Below, piece after piece: positions 11,530 through 23,819 of a DNA stretch of 64,000 nt. Position numbers and translations under genes: made by a program. Source of the stretch: Pristiophorus japonicus (Eukaryota); contig NC_091999.1 of NCBI RefSeq assembly GCF_044704955.1, positions 23,808,001 to 23,872,000 on the forward strand. The letters are read 5' to 3'. The notes under the pieces were generated by a model. That model had not been told where the DNA came from. It made no database searches and worked only from the letters and a program-made list of their open reading frames with translations. Position 1 is the first letter of the stretch. Every line of letters starts with the position of its first letter.

Positions 11530-12955
11530 TAAGAACATAAGAACATAAGAAATGGGTACAGGATTAGGCCATGCAGTCCCTCGAGCCTGCTCCGCCATGC
11601 AATAGATCAATGCTGATCTGATCATGAACTCAACTCCACTTCCCTGCCTGCTCCCCATAACCCATCATCCCCTTTAAAACTTTAAGTAACTATTTATGTC
11701 TTAAATTTATTTTATGTCCCAGTATCCACAGTTCCCTGCGGCAGCGAATTTCACAGATTTTCAACACTCTGAGAGAAGAAATGACTCCTCATCTCTGTTT
11801 TAAATGCGCGGCCCCTTATTCTAAGATCATGCCCTCTAGTTCTACTCCACCCCATCAGTGGAAACATCTTCTCTGCATCCACGTTGCCAAGCCCTCTCAT
11901 ACTCTTATACGTTTCGATATGATCACCGCTCATACTTCTGCATTCCAATGAGTAGAGGCCCAATCTACTCAACGTTTCCTCAGAAGTCACCCACTCATCC
12001 CCGGAATCAACTTAGTGAAGCTTCTCTGAACTGCCTACAAGCAAGTATATCTTTTCGTAAATATGGAAACCAAAACTGCACACAATATGTGGCCTCACCA
12101 ATATTCTGTACAGCTGTAGCAAGACATCCCGGCTTTTATACTCCATCCCCTTTGCAATAAAGGCCAAGATTCCATGGGCCCTCCTGATCACTTGGTGTAC
12201 CTGCATACGATCGTTTTGTTTTTCATGCACCAGCACCTTCTCTTCCCGCTGAACTGTGGCACTTTGCAATCTTTCTCCATTTACATAAGAACTTGCTCGT
12301 TGATTTGTTCTGCAAAAGCGCTTGACCTCCCACTTCCCAGCATTATACTCCATCTGCCAAATTCTTACCCATTCACTTAGCCTGTCTATGTCCTTTCGCA
12401 GTTTTTTGTGCCCTCCTCACACATTGCTTTTCCTCTCATCTATTTATCATCAGCAAAATTGAATACTTTACTCTCAGCCCCTTCCTCCTAGTTGTTAATA
12501 TAGATTGTACATATCTGAGGTCCCAGCACTGATGCATGCGGCGCCGCACTGGTTGCCAACCAGAGAATGAACAATTTTTCCCGACTCTCTGTTTTCTGTT
12601 AGTAAGCCAATCCTCTATCCATGCTAATATATTACCCCAACCCCTTGAACTATTATCTTGTTCTGTAATCTTTTATGTCAAATGGCTTCCGGAAATCCAA
12701 ATACATCACATCTTCTGTTCCCCATTTATCCACCCTGTTCGTTAGATCCTCAAAGAATTCCAGCAAATTTGTCAAAAATGATTTTGCTTCATAAATCCAT
12801 GGTGACTCTGCTTGACCGAATTTTGCTTTTCCAAATGTCCTGTTACTGCTTCTTTCATAATGGACTCCAACATTTTCCCAACCACAGATGTTAGGCTAAT
12901 TGGTCTATAGTTTTCTGCTTTTTGGCTGACTCCTTTTTTAAACAGGGATTTTACA
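11530..12955 (-). mobile_element. CR1 LINE, 5'-truncated, degenerate RT and 3' tail
   Basis: (TAAGAACA)n tail at ~11530; ENYRPISLTSVVGKMLESI, LQLYRILVRPH and RLGLYSLE motifs. Confidence 0.9.
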
Positions 12956-13204
12956 TAATGATGAGGAGCAGTGCGAGATGGTTCCACATTACATTCCCTG
13001 AGTCTGAAGCTATGCGGTCCTGGAAACCCTCTGTCGGAACAGAAATAGAGTACCATGCCCCACTGCCCTGCTGATCCAAACAATGCTAAACAGGGATCTG
13101 CAGCAGCAATCTCTCCAATAAAACAGGGCATGCAAGCAGTTTAAGGGCGCCCATGAACAGACTAACTATTTGTACTACGTCGCCCTTCTGCGCATATGCA
13201 CATT

Positions 13205-13370
13205 AATGTGTCTGTGTGTGTGTATGTGCGTGTGTGTGTGTGTGTGCGTGTGTGTGTGTGTGTGTGTCTGTGTATGTGTGGCTGAGTGCATGTCTATATG
13301 TCTATGGATGTCTATGTGTGTGTGTGAGTACGGCTGTCTGTGCATGTGTGTATGTGTATATGTATGTCTA
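13205..13370. repeat. (GT)n microsatellite
   Basis: Direct sequence; generates the VCVC/THTH ORFs. Confidence 0.9.
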
Positions 13371-13785
13371 TTTGTCCGTGTTGCCAATGCACTATGCCAT
13401 AGTTGTATGATCGGCAGGAGTGAGCTCTCTGATCACTTTACAAAGATCATGATCTCTATGTACAGTGGTGGCTGTTTAGAGAGGTAAAAATGGGCGGGAA
13501 GAAGAAATCCCAGCCAAGCTGATAAGATCCCCGTCCTATTTGAGTTTTCCACTTCAGGCCTGGTAAAGGCAGTGATGACAGTCTCTTTTTCCTGGAGTTT
13601 AGACTGGAACAATTGAAGTGAAACTCTTCCTGTCTCTGATTATTGTCCTGAACAGAGTTTGTGATATTTTGAACCATTCTATAAGATTCTCCAATTCTCA
13701 TACAACTTCTCGTTTCCATCTACGGGTGCTTCTTCTCTATCTGTTTCTCTGTCTAACCTGCTGTGTGTCTGCTGTTTATTTTCAG

Positions 13786-13898
13786 GGATGACTAGCGGAG
13801 ACTCTGTGTCCCAAGGAGTCGGGTCAGAGTTGTGTGCAGATTCAGCAATAAATTGCAGTTACTCTGTATTGGCTACAAGCTATGGCCTGTTCTGGTAT
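13786..13898 (+). pseudogene. TCR alpha/delta-type V segment 2, 5' half
   Basis: Acceptor ttttcag ends at 13785. MTSGDSVSQGVGSELCADSAINCSYSVLATSYGLFWY, then the LINE tail begins. Candidate leader donor gag|gtaaaa at 13484. Confidence 0.85.
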
Positions 13899-16800
13899 AG
13901 AAACATAGAAACATAGAAAATAGGTGCAGGAGCAGGCCATTCAGCACTTCTAGCCTGCACCGCCATTCAATGGGTTCATGGCTGAACATGAAACTTCAGT
14001 ACCCCCTTTCTGCTTTCACGCCATACTCCTTGATCCCCCGAGTAGTAAGGACTTCATCTAACTCCCTTTTGAATATATTTAGCGAATAGGCCTCAACTAC
14101 TTTCTATTGTAGAGAATTCCACAGGTTCACCACACTCTGGGTGAAGAAGTTTCTCCTCATCTCGGTCCTAAATGGCTTACCCTTATCCTTAGACTGTGAC
14201 CCCTGGTTCTGGAATTCCCAAACATTGGGAACATTCTTCCTGCATCCAACCTATCCAAACCCGTCAGAATTTTAAACGTTTCTATGAGGTCCCCTCTCAC
14301 TCTTCTGAACTCCAGTGAATACAAGCCCAGTTGATCAAGTCTTTCTTGATAGGTCAGTCTCACCTTCCCGGGAATCAGTCTGGTGAGTCTTCGCTGCACT
14401 CCCTCAATAGCAAGAATGTCCTTCCTCAAGTTAGGAGACCAAAACTGTACACAATACTCCAGGTGTGGCCTCACCAAGGCCCTGTAAACTGTAGCAACAC
14501 CTCCCTACCACTGTACTCAAAGCCCCTCGCTATGAAGGCCAACATGCCATTTGCTTTCTTAACCGCCTGCTGTACCTGCATGCCAACCTTCAATGACTGA
14601 TGTTCAATGACATCCAGGTCTCGTTGCACCTTCCCTTTTCTTAATCTGTCACCATTCAGATAATAGTCTGTCTCTCTGTTTTTACCACCAAAGTAGATAA
14701 CCTCGCATTTATCCACATTATACTTCATCTGCCACGCATTTGCGCACTCACCTAACCTATCCAAGTCACTCGGCAGCCTAATAGCATCCTCCTCGCAGCT
14801 CACACTGCCACCCAATTTAGTGTCATCCGCAAATTTGGAGATACTACATTTAATCCCCTCGTCTAAATCATTAATGTACAATGTAAACAGCTGGGGCCCC
14901 AGCACAGAACCCTGCGGTACCCCACCAGTCACTGCCTGCCATTCCGAAAAGTACCCATTTACTCCTACTCTTTGCTTCCTGTCTGACAACCAGTTCTCAA
15001 TCCACGTCAGCACACAACCCCCAATCCCATGTGCTTTAATTTGCACATTAATCTCCTGTGTGGGACCTTGTCGAAAGCCTTCTGAAAGTCCAAATATACC
15101 ACATCAACTGGTACTCCTTTGTCCACTTTACTGGAAACATCCTCAAAAAATTCCAGAAGATTTGTCAAGCATGATCTCTCTTTGACAAATCCATGCTGAC
15201 TTGGACCTATCATGTCAACATTTTCCAAATGCGCTGCTATGACATCCTTAATAATTGATTCCATCATTTTACCCACTACTGAGGTCAGGCTGACCGGTCT
15301 ATAATTCCCTGCTTTCTCTCTCCCTCCTTTTATAAAAAGTGGGGTTACATTGGCTACCCTCCACTCGATAGGAACTGATCCAGATTCAATGGAATGTTGG
15401 AAAATGACTGTCAATGCATCCGCTATTTCCAAGGCCACCTCCTTAAGTACTCTGGGATGCAGTCCATCAGGCCCTGGGGATTTATTGGCCTTCAATCCCA
15501 TCAATTTCCCCAACACAATTTCCCGACTAATAAAGATTTCCCTCAGTTCCTCCTCCTTACTAGACTCTCTGACCCTTTTTTATCCGGAAGGTTGTTTGTG
15601 TCCTCCTTTGTGATTACTGAATCAAAGTACTTGTTCAATTGGTCTGCCATTTCTTTGTTCCCCGTTATGACTTCCCCTGATTCTGACTGCAGGGGACCTA
15701 CGTTTGTCTTTCCTAAACTTTTTCTCTTTACATACCTATATAAACTTTTGCAATCCGCCTTAATGTTCCCTGCAAACTTCTTCTCGTACTCCATTTTCCC
15801 TGCCCTAATCAAACCCTTTGTCCTCCTCTGCTGAGGTCTAAATTTATCCCAGTCCCCAGGTTCGTTGCTATTTCTGGCCAATTTGTATGCCATTTCTTTG
15901 GCTTTAATACTATCCCTGATTTCCCTAGATAGCCACGGTTGAGCCACCTTCCCTTTTTTATTTTTACGCCAGACAGGAATGTATAATTGTTGTAATTCAT
16001 CCATGCGGTCTCTAAATGTCTGCCATTGCACATCCACAGTCAACCCCTGAAGTATCATTAGCCAATCTATCTTACCCAATGCACGCCTCATACCTTCAAA
16101 GTTACCCTTTTTACGTTCTGGACCATAGTCTCTGAATTAACTGTTTCATTCTCCATCCTAATGCAGAGTTCCACCATGTTATGGTCACTCTTCCCCAAGG
16201 GGCCTCGCACAATGAGATTGCTAATTAATCCTCTCTCATTACACAACACCCAGTCTAAGATGGCCTCCCCGCTAGTTGGTTCCTCGACATATTGGTCTAG
16301 AAAACCATCCCTTATGCGCTCCAGGAAATCCTCCTCCACCGTATTGCTTCCAGTTTGGTTAGCCAAATCTATGTGCATATTAAAGTCACCTATTATAACT
16401 GCAGCACCTTCATAGCATGCACTCGTAATTTCCTGTTTGATGCCCTCCCCAACATCACTACTACTGTTTGGAGGTCTGTACACAACTCCCACTAACTTTT
16501 ATTGCCCTTTAGTGTTCTGCAGCTCTACCCATATAGATTCCACATCATCTAAGCTAATGTCTTTCCTAACTATTGCATTAATCTCCTCTTTAAACAGCAA
16601 TGCTACCCCACCTCCTTTTCCTTTTATTCTATCCTTCCTGAATGTTGAATACCCCTGGATGTTGAGTTCCCAGCCCTGATCATCCTGGAGCCACGTCTCC
16701 GTAATCCCAATCAGATCATATTTGTTAACATCTATTTGCACAGTTAATTCATCCAGCTTATTGCGGATACTCCTTGCATTAAGACACAAAGACTTCAGGC

Positions 16801-16974
16801 TTGCTTTTTTAACACCCTTTGTCCTTTTAGAATTTTGCTGTAAAGTTGCCCTTTTTGTTCTTTGCCTTGGGTTTCTCTGCCCTCCACTTTTCCTCATCTC
16901 TTTTCTGTCTTTTGCTTTTGCCTCATTTTTGTCTCCCTCTGTGTACCTGCATAGGTTCCCATCCCCCTGCAATA

Positions 16975-17922
16975 TTAGTTTAACTCCTCCCCAACAGCAC
17001 TAGCAAACACTCCCCCTTGGACATTGGTTCCGGTCCTGCCCAGATGCAGACCGTCCGGTTTGTACTGGTCCCACCTCCCCCAGAACCGGTTCCAATGCCC
17101 CAGGAATTTGAATCCCTCCCTGCTGCACCACTGCTCAAGCCATGTATTCATCTGCTCTATCCTGCGATTCCTACTCTGACTAGCACGTGGCACTGGTAGA
17201 AATCCCGAGATTACTAATTTTGAGGTCCTACTTTTTAATTTAGCTCCTAGCTCCTTAAAATCTTCTCGTAGGACCTCATCCCTTTTTTTACCTATGTCGT
17301 TGGTACCAATGTGCACAGAGACAACTGGCTGTTCTCCCTCCCACTTCAGAATGTCCTGCACCCGCTCCGAGACATCCTTGACCCTTGCACCAGGGAGGCA
17401 ACATACCATCCTGGAGTCTCGGTTGCGGCCGCAGAAACGCCTATCTATTCCCCTCACCATCGAATCCCCTATCACTATCGCGCTCCCAATCATTTTCCTG
17501 CCTTCCTGTGCAGCAGAGCCAGCTACGGTGTCATGAACTTGTCTGCTGCTGCCCTTCCCTGGTGAGTCATCCCCCCGAACAGTACTCAAAGCAGTGTATC
17601 TGTTTTGCAGGGGGATGACCACAGGGGACCCCTGCACTATCTTTCTTGCACTGCTCTTCCTGCTGGTCTTCCATTCCCTATCTGGCTGTGGACACTTCTC
17701 CTGCGGTAAGACCAACTCACTACACGTGATACTCACGTCATTCTCAGCATCGTGGATGCTCCAGAGTGAATCCACCCTCAGCTCCAATTCCACAACGCGG
17801 ATCGTCAAGAGCTCGAGGCGGATACACTTCCCACACACGTAGCGCCCAGAGACACCGGAAGTGTCCCCGAGTTCCCACATGGTACAGGAGGAGCATATCA
17901 CGTGACCGAGCTCTCCTGCCAT
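16975..17922 (-). CDS. CR1 ORF1p (zinc finger/leucine zipper + SGNH esterase), intact 315 aa
   Basis: CSSC...CGKC followed by Leu heptads; IVIGDSMVRG, HIGTNDIG and DGLHL esterase blocks. Confidence 0.9.
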   Translation of the reverse strand: MAGELGHVICSSCTMWELGDTSGVSGRYVCGKCIRLELLTIRVVELELRVDSLWSIHDAENDVSITCSELVLPQEKCPQPDREWKTSRKSSARKIVQGSPVVIPLQNRYTALSTVRGDDSPGKGSSRQVHDTVAGSAAQEGRKMIGSAIVIGDSMVRGIDRRFCGRNRDSRMVCCLPGARVKDVSERVQDILKWEGEQPVVSVHIGTNDIGKKRDEVLREDFKELGAKLKSRTSKLVISGFLPVPRASQSRNRRIEQMNTWLEQWCSREGFKFLGHWNRFWGRWDQYKPDGLHLGRTGTNVQGGVFASAVGEELN

Positions 17923-18106
17923 GTCTTAACCTTAGATACCCTTAAATTGGTAATAACAATGCTAAAGTTCACTTACTGATATAAAAAAGAAAAGAAAATT
18001 TACTCACCAATCACTAGCCAATCACTTACCCCATTGGCTGTGACTTCACTTTTTGATTCCTTTCTACTTCTATTTTGCTTTCTCTCCCGCTGTAGCTGCA
18101 GCGGTC

Positions 18107-18317
18107 GCCTTTATAGGTCGCTCCCCTCTCAACAACTGCCGCTGGCTCTCGATCTCCCGCTGGGCCTTTTATTGGTCGCTCCCCTCTCACCAACTGCTGT
18201 TGGCTCTCGACCTCCCGCTGGGCCTTTTATAGGTCGCTCCCCTCTCAGCAACTGCCGCTGGCTCTCGATCTCCCGCTGGGCTTTTGATAGGTCGCTCCCC
18301 TCTCACCAACTGCCGCT
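18107..18317. repeat. 58-bp tandem monomers in the CR1 5' UTR (~3.6 copies)
   Basis: GGTCGCTCCCCTCTC recurs at 18116, 18174, 18232 and 18290. Confidence 0.9.
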
Positions 18318-18479
18318 CTGCAGTATCTCCACCAAGCCCCCCAGTATCTGATCGGAGCCGATAGTTAAGGCATTTGAACACTTCAGCAGGAATCTCAACC
18401 GGACACAAAGAACTTTTCACTTATCCATGAAAGGCATTAAGATCAGAAACAGTGCCGTGTATTACTATGTGCGATGACC
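18318..18479 (+). pseudogene. TCR alpha/delta-type V segment 2, 3' half
   Basis: LQYLHQAPQYLIGADS*GI* / HFSRNLNRTQRTFHLSMKGIKIRNSAVYYYVR*; continues from FWY at 13898. Stops, a frameshift and C->Y. Confidence 0.85.
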
Positions 18480-18518
18480 CACAGTGAATAAGAATCCCTC
18501 GGGCCTCATGCATAAACA
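18480..18518 (+). other. 23-spacer RSS of TCR V2
   Basis: CACAGTG - AATAAGAATCCCTCGGGCCTCAT (23) - GCATAAACA. Confidence 0.88.
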
Positions 18519-19423
18519 GGTCACAGGTCAGCAAATGTGGGCTCTGGAAAAATGCCAGCGATTGAATCCTACAGAGTTTGTTGAGGAAATAAATGTGAAA
18601 GTACAAACTGATCCGAGAGGTATTCTTCAGTTAAAGTCATTGCTGTCAGTGTTGGGAAACGTGAAATATCTCTAGCATTTTATTGTACCATCAAATTCAG
18701 ACATTTCCACTCCAGTAATACACAACCCTGCAGATCTCTCTGATTTCTAACAGGCTCAATCTGTGAAAGTAAAAGTCCTGGGTGATGCAGATCTGACATT
18801 TGAGTCTTTCAAAAGTTATCTAATCTCTAAGTCGGCCTAGGGGGCGGGAAAATTCAGAGCTTCTGGGATGCTAATACCACAAGTAGTGACTGATTGAAAT
18901 CAGCTCTTTACTGGTATCGTATCCCGGTTTTACTATTATCGTGTCCAAGTGGCTTTAAGACTGTAACTATTAATGATGCTGATGAATTGGACGATATTCA
19001 TTAATACTAGGGCTTGAAATTAATTTGGAATTATTTACTTTTTCACCTTAATTATGGTGAGATCTATATATCTATTGATAGAGACATTGAGGTCGACCGA
19101 AAGGTATACAAAGCCAGAAACGCAGTCCGATTGACAGAGACACGGTGCAGGAGTGTGAGACAGATAGAAAGACACACAGGCACTGACTGGGAAGGAAAGA
19201 GTTTGGAGGGAGCCATCAGTAATTGGTCCTCAACTGACAGTGATTCGTCCACAGCTGGCGTTGGATTTGAGAGATCATCCAATCCAAGCCCTGAGAAACG
19301 CACCTCAGTTTTGAAATAAATGATGACTGCCGCTGATTTGGGTTTGCTCTTTATTATCAGACCAAAAACGGCAACATATTTAAAACATTCAATTATTGTA
19401 CATCGAAATCTAAACTAGACACC

Positions 19424-19861
19424 ATGTGTTCCCCATGTTCACTACTGATAATAATTGCCATGCTGCCCGGTGAGTCTATGTTTAAAGGGTCAGTTTGTGC
19501 TCCATGGGTTATATTTACTATCAGACTTTTAACACATTCTGTATTTTGTTCCAGGAAGGAGTGGCGAAGATTCAGTGTCCCAGCATCCGTCTGAAGTAAT
19601 GATTCAGGAGGGTCAGACCTTAAAACTGAACGGTAATTACTCAGCAGCGTACACTGCCCCAATTCTCTTCTGGTATGTCCAGTATCCCGGGGAAGTTCCG
19701 AGATATTTACTGAACAGATACGGCAAGGGGAATAGGGATCATTCTCCTGATTTCCCAGGACGGTTTTCTGCTGCTTTGGACCAAGACTAGTAAACAGTTC
19801 CTTTAAATATATCCGGGGCTCTTGTCTCTGAATCTGCCGTGCATCACTCTGCGCTGACCCC
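19424..19861 (+). pseudogene. TCR alpha/delta-type V segment 3 (leader 19424-19469, V exon 19555-19861)
   Basis: Leader MCSPCSLLIIIAMLP G|gtgagt; acceptor ttccag. RSGEDSVSQHPSEVMIQEGQTLKLNGNYSAAYTAPILFWYVQYPGEVPRYLLNRYGKGNRDHSPDFPGRFSAALDQD**TVPLNISGALVSESAVHHSALT. LFWYVQYPG is Va/d-typical. First Cys->G, TAG TAA, YYC->HHS. Confidence 0.92.
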
Positions 19862-19900
19862 CACACTGCTACACGGGCGCAGTCAGTCCGTACAAAACAA
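19862..19900 (+). other. 23-spacer RSS of TCR V3
   Basis: CACACTG - CTACACGGGCGCAGTCAGTCCGT (23) - ACAAAACAA. Confidence 0.88.
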
Positions 19901-20051
19901 GCAATGGAATTTAATTACCTCTCACTGAATCAGCTCTGAGACCCGGCATTGGGATGTTACAATAGAAATCAAACAATAAAACGAAAACGCTCGATAATAT
20001 ATAGCTGGGTAGATAACTAACTAGATAGACCGGCAGATAGCTAAATACACA

Positions 20052-20061
20052 GTCTCTCTCA

Positions 20062-20098
<37 letters not shown>

Positions 20099-20108
20099 TC
20101 TATCTCTT
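20052..20108. repeat. (CT)n microsatellite
   Basis: Direct sequence. Confidence 0.9.
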
Positions 20109-20534
20109 CACCCAATGATCCCTTCCTCCTTTCTTTGAAATTATCATCAGATGCAGACAAAAGTGTTAATTCATGCTGCGGCGTCTGCAACGTGTTTCAC
20201 TGCTCAGTAACGCCGTTGTAATGATTAGTTTCGCAGCTGAATGATGAAATAATTGGACACTAGCGCTGTTCCAACCATCACCCGAATTCCAGACTGCAAT
20301 TACTCCAACAGGTTATCAAGATCGCGAAGTGCATAAAAAAGTTAACTCTGATTATTATTTTAAATGAAACCGCGGAAGTAGAACCTGAGGACGCAAGTTC
20401 AAACTATGAAAGGTCAGCTTAGGACTGATGCTGAAAATTCTTCAGACGCAATATGATTTACCTAGTTTCTCTTTTATTCTTTCTTCCCCTCCCCCTTTCA
20501 GTGCTCCATAAGAATCTTTTCATTCGGAACAATC

Positions 20535-20675
20535 GCCAGTTCTGATGAAGGTTCATCTACCTGAAAGGTCAACTCTGTTTCTCTCTCCACAGATGCTGCC
20601 TGGCCCTCTGAGATTTCCAGCATTTTATTTTTTATGTCAGATTCTATCATCCGCAGTATTTTGCTTTTGTATTAT
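20535..20675 (+). mobile_element. short interspersed repeat remnant, probably a Penelope-like terminal fragment
   Basis: TCTGATGAAGG...TTTCTCTCTCCACAGATGCTGCCTGG...CCAGCATTTT pattern recognised as a common shark repeat; class assigned from memory. Confidence 0.5.
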
Positions 20676-22616
20676 GATTTACCTCTTGGTGTTCGCGCCA
20701 TCGCATTCTGCTCAAACCTGCCAGTGACTCTCCATTTTATTGAGGTTAAAGGAGTTATTTTAATTTACCACATCATTGTGTTCAAATCCTTCATGGCTCG
20801 CTTCCCGTCTACATCCCCCTTTTATCGGCTATGCTTAGTGGTAATGGTCAGCAAACAGCTCCTTTAATGGGAAGCTCCCGCACAGCTGTCAGAACAACAT
20901 TAATTGTTTCCTTCACTGCTCTCGCTTTACAAATTGACCCTGTTAAAGAGGTAACATAGACAGATTTTTGAGCGATAAGGGAATAAATGGTCATGGGGAG
21001 AGCGCAGGGAAGTGGAGCTGAGTCCATGATCCGATCAGCCATGATCTTGTTGAATGACGCAACAGGCTCAAGGAGCCAGGTGGCCTAATCCTGCTTCTAT
21101 TTCTTGTGTTCTTATAACATTTGCCACCTAGCTACATACGGAGATATTAGAGCAGATATTTAGGGGTGGAATTCCAGAGTTTAGGGCCGAGGCAGGTGAA
21201 GACACGGCGGCTAATTTTGGAGCGATTAAATTGGGATTGCACAAGTGGCCAGAATTGAAGGAGCAGACAGGTCGTGGAGGGTTGTCGGTTTCAACAGTCT
21301 GAAATTAATGCAACTGCATCTTAAACCTTTCCTTTCGTTATTAATTATAGGGATATTGATTTCACTGGCATGTCAGCATTTATTGCCCATCCCTTGGTTT
21401 CCCCTTGAGAAATTGCTGGTGAGCCATCTGCTTTTCGAACCACTGCAGTTCTGCTCCTTTCAAGCGTTTGATACAACTGGGGGGCATGCAGGGCCATTTC
21501 AAAGAGCTAAATCACGTTGAGTATGGGACTGGAGTCACTTTTGGGGTAAGGACGGCTGATTTCTTTCCCTGACGGGACATTAGTGTACCCGTTGGGGTTT
21601 TTGCCAATGCCGATCACTTTATGGTCACTTTTTCTGATACCAGCCTCTCATTTATTTTTTAAAAATCGGAATTTAAATTCCCAAACTACGCAGGTACCAT
21701 TTTAATTCGTGCAATAAACTGCTTCGCCCAGGCCTCTGGATTACAAATGGAGTAACATAACGAAAATACCGCTGCAACATTTTTAAGGCGTAATGTTCTC
21801 TGCCTCAAACACTATTTGTGGCAAAATGTCCCATGCTCCAACAACTCCCACGCTCGCGTCCATGCATATATTTTTCTGAGCTTCTGTCACTCTCTTGTTA
21901 ATATGTTGCATTTTATGATCTTTCTTTACCGATTCCCACAAGCAGAGGAATCAGTCTTTTCATCTTCTCTCCAGTAAAGCTACTTTACAACAAAAACTCG
22001 ATTAGATCGCATAAACTTATTAGCTTCAATCGAAATCTCAAGTCTCCAATCATAAATGCAGTTACAATTGCTAGGTTCGTCTTTGTCCATATCAGTAGTT
22101 AAAGCTTCCAACTTTCATATGATTTCTATAAAGGCCATCTTGCTCTACAGATATCAATCTTACAGTGGAACAACCAGCCCAGCAGTAAGAGTACTAGACC
22201 AGTAACTCGCAGTTCGTAAGTTCGAAGCTCCCCAAGCCGTGAAACTGATGTAAAATACAGCTGAAAATATGTGAGTTGCCAAAAGGAAAGTAGGATGAAA
22301 GCTGACGGATGGTTGTTAAAAACCACAATTGGTTGAATAATATCTTTCATTGTAGGGAATCTGTTCCTCACTTAACCTGCTTCTCTGCTAATACACTCAA
22401 GGCGCCAGGGGATTGGCTAGTAAAACCTCGCTGTAGTCATTCACCTCCCAGGAACAAAGAACATTTTGAGCCCTAAAAATTTAGTTGTCCGAGTACAGCA
22501 ATCACTAAAAGCTAGCGGACTGGACAGCTACACAGGCTCTCGTATGGATTGTTCAGCCACCAAAGAACTCACTTCCGGAGTGGAAGCAAGTCTTTCTCGA
22601 TTCCAAGGGACTGCCT

Positions 22617-22647
<31 letters not shown>

Positions 22648-22819
22648 CATTTAACACAGAATTTGACAGATTTTTGATCGATGAGGAAATAAAAGGGTCA
22701 GGGGGAGCAGGCAGGGAACTGAGTCCATGATCAAATCAACCATGATCTTATATATTGTGGAGTAGGCTTGTGGGGCCAGGTGGCCTCCTCCTGTTGCTAT
22801 TTCTTATGTTCTTGTGTAA

Positions 22820-23800
22820 ATCCGTGCTTCGAGTCCGAAGCTCCCCTGTTTACCCTGGCACCGAGAAGAGCAGATACAGGACATTGAAAAACTAACTCCT
22901 ACAAGACGATGGAAACCTACTTCTGCCGATGGCATCTCCGGCCAAACCCGGAAAAGATTGTCACCTCGGCATTCCACCTTCACACCCATCAAGCATACCA
23001 AGCTTTGAAAGGCTCCTTATGTGGAATAGCGGTAAACGATGCCAAAAAAAACCCCTCCTATTTAGGATTCACGCTGGATCACACGCTGTCATATAGACAA
23101 CATCTCCAGTGCCTTGGCAAGAAACTGAAGAGTAGAATGAACATGATCGAGAAACTCGCCGGAACCACATGAGGATCAGACCCTCAAGCCCTCCCCCTCC
23201 CCCCGTACTACAGCACTCGCACTGGTTTACTCTGCAGTGGAGTTCCGCTTTCCGGCTTGGATATCAATTTCGGTTGTTAAATCCGTTGATGTCCAGCTGA
23301 ATTCTACTATGAGAATAATCACCGGTACGCTTTTATCGACACCAACACCTTGGCTCCCCGTGCTTACAAACATTGCACTACCACACACACGTCGCAAATA
23401 ATTATTCTCCAGAAAATACATGCTGATACAAAAATATGCTGATCCAGGCAGAATTGAACAATCTGCTACCAACCCGTCTTAAATGTGGAAGGCCATTTTG
23501 GGGCACTACCAAAGCCCCTCAACGATCTCCCCTCAGCCTTAACGACCGATGGCCAAATGCCTGGTAGAACTGAAATGGATTCCTTATAGTAAACCCCACA
23601 GTACATCCTGTAGAATCTGAACTTCATCACAAAGAGTGCGGGACCATGTAACTGCCTCAGAACTGGTCATGATAGATGCAGCCTCCATCAATATAGGAGA
23701 AATATTAATGCAACCCCATCAGGCCACATTGGAGCTACAAAGCAGACTCAGGAGCACATTATTGAGTACTTGGATACTGACATTTGTAATTTGATACTAC
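22820..23800 (+). mobile_element. non-LTR retrotransposon RT C-terminal fragment (non-CR1; I/Ingi/RTE-X-like)
   Basis: YFCRWHLRPNPEKIVTSAFHL...PSYLGFTLDHTLSYRQHL...KLAGTT, followed by decayed ALALVYSAVE and MRIITGT...PTPWLPVLTNI. Confidence 0.7.
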
Positions 23801-23819
23801 CTAACGAATTAGAGGAGGC

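Larger units (their letters stand above)
13899..18317 (-). mobile_element. Full-length CR1 LINE (~4.4 kb) inserted into TCR V2
   Basis: (TAGAAACA)n 3' tail; ORF2 in frameshifted pieces (CLNARSIRNK/ITETWL endonuclease, [29 protein letters not shown]); intact ORF1; 5' UTR with 58-bp repeats. Confidence 0.95.
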
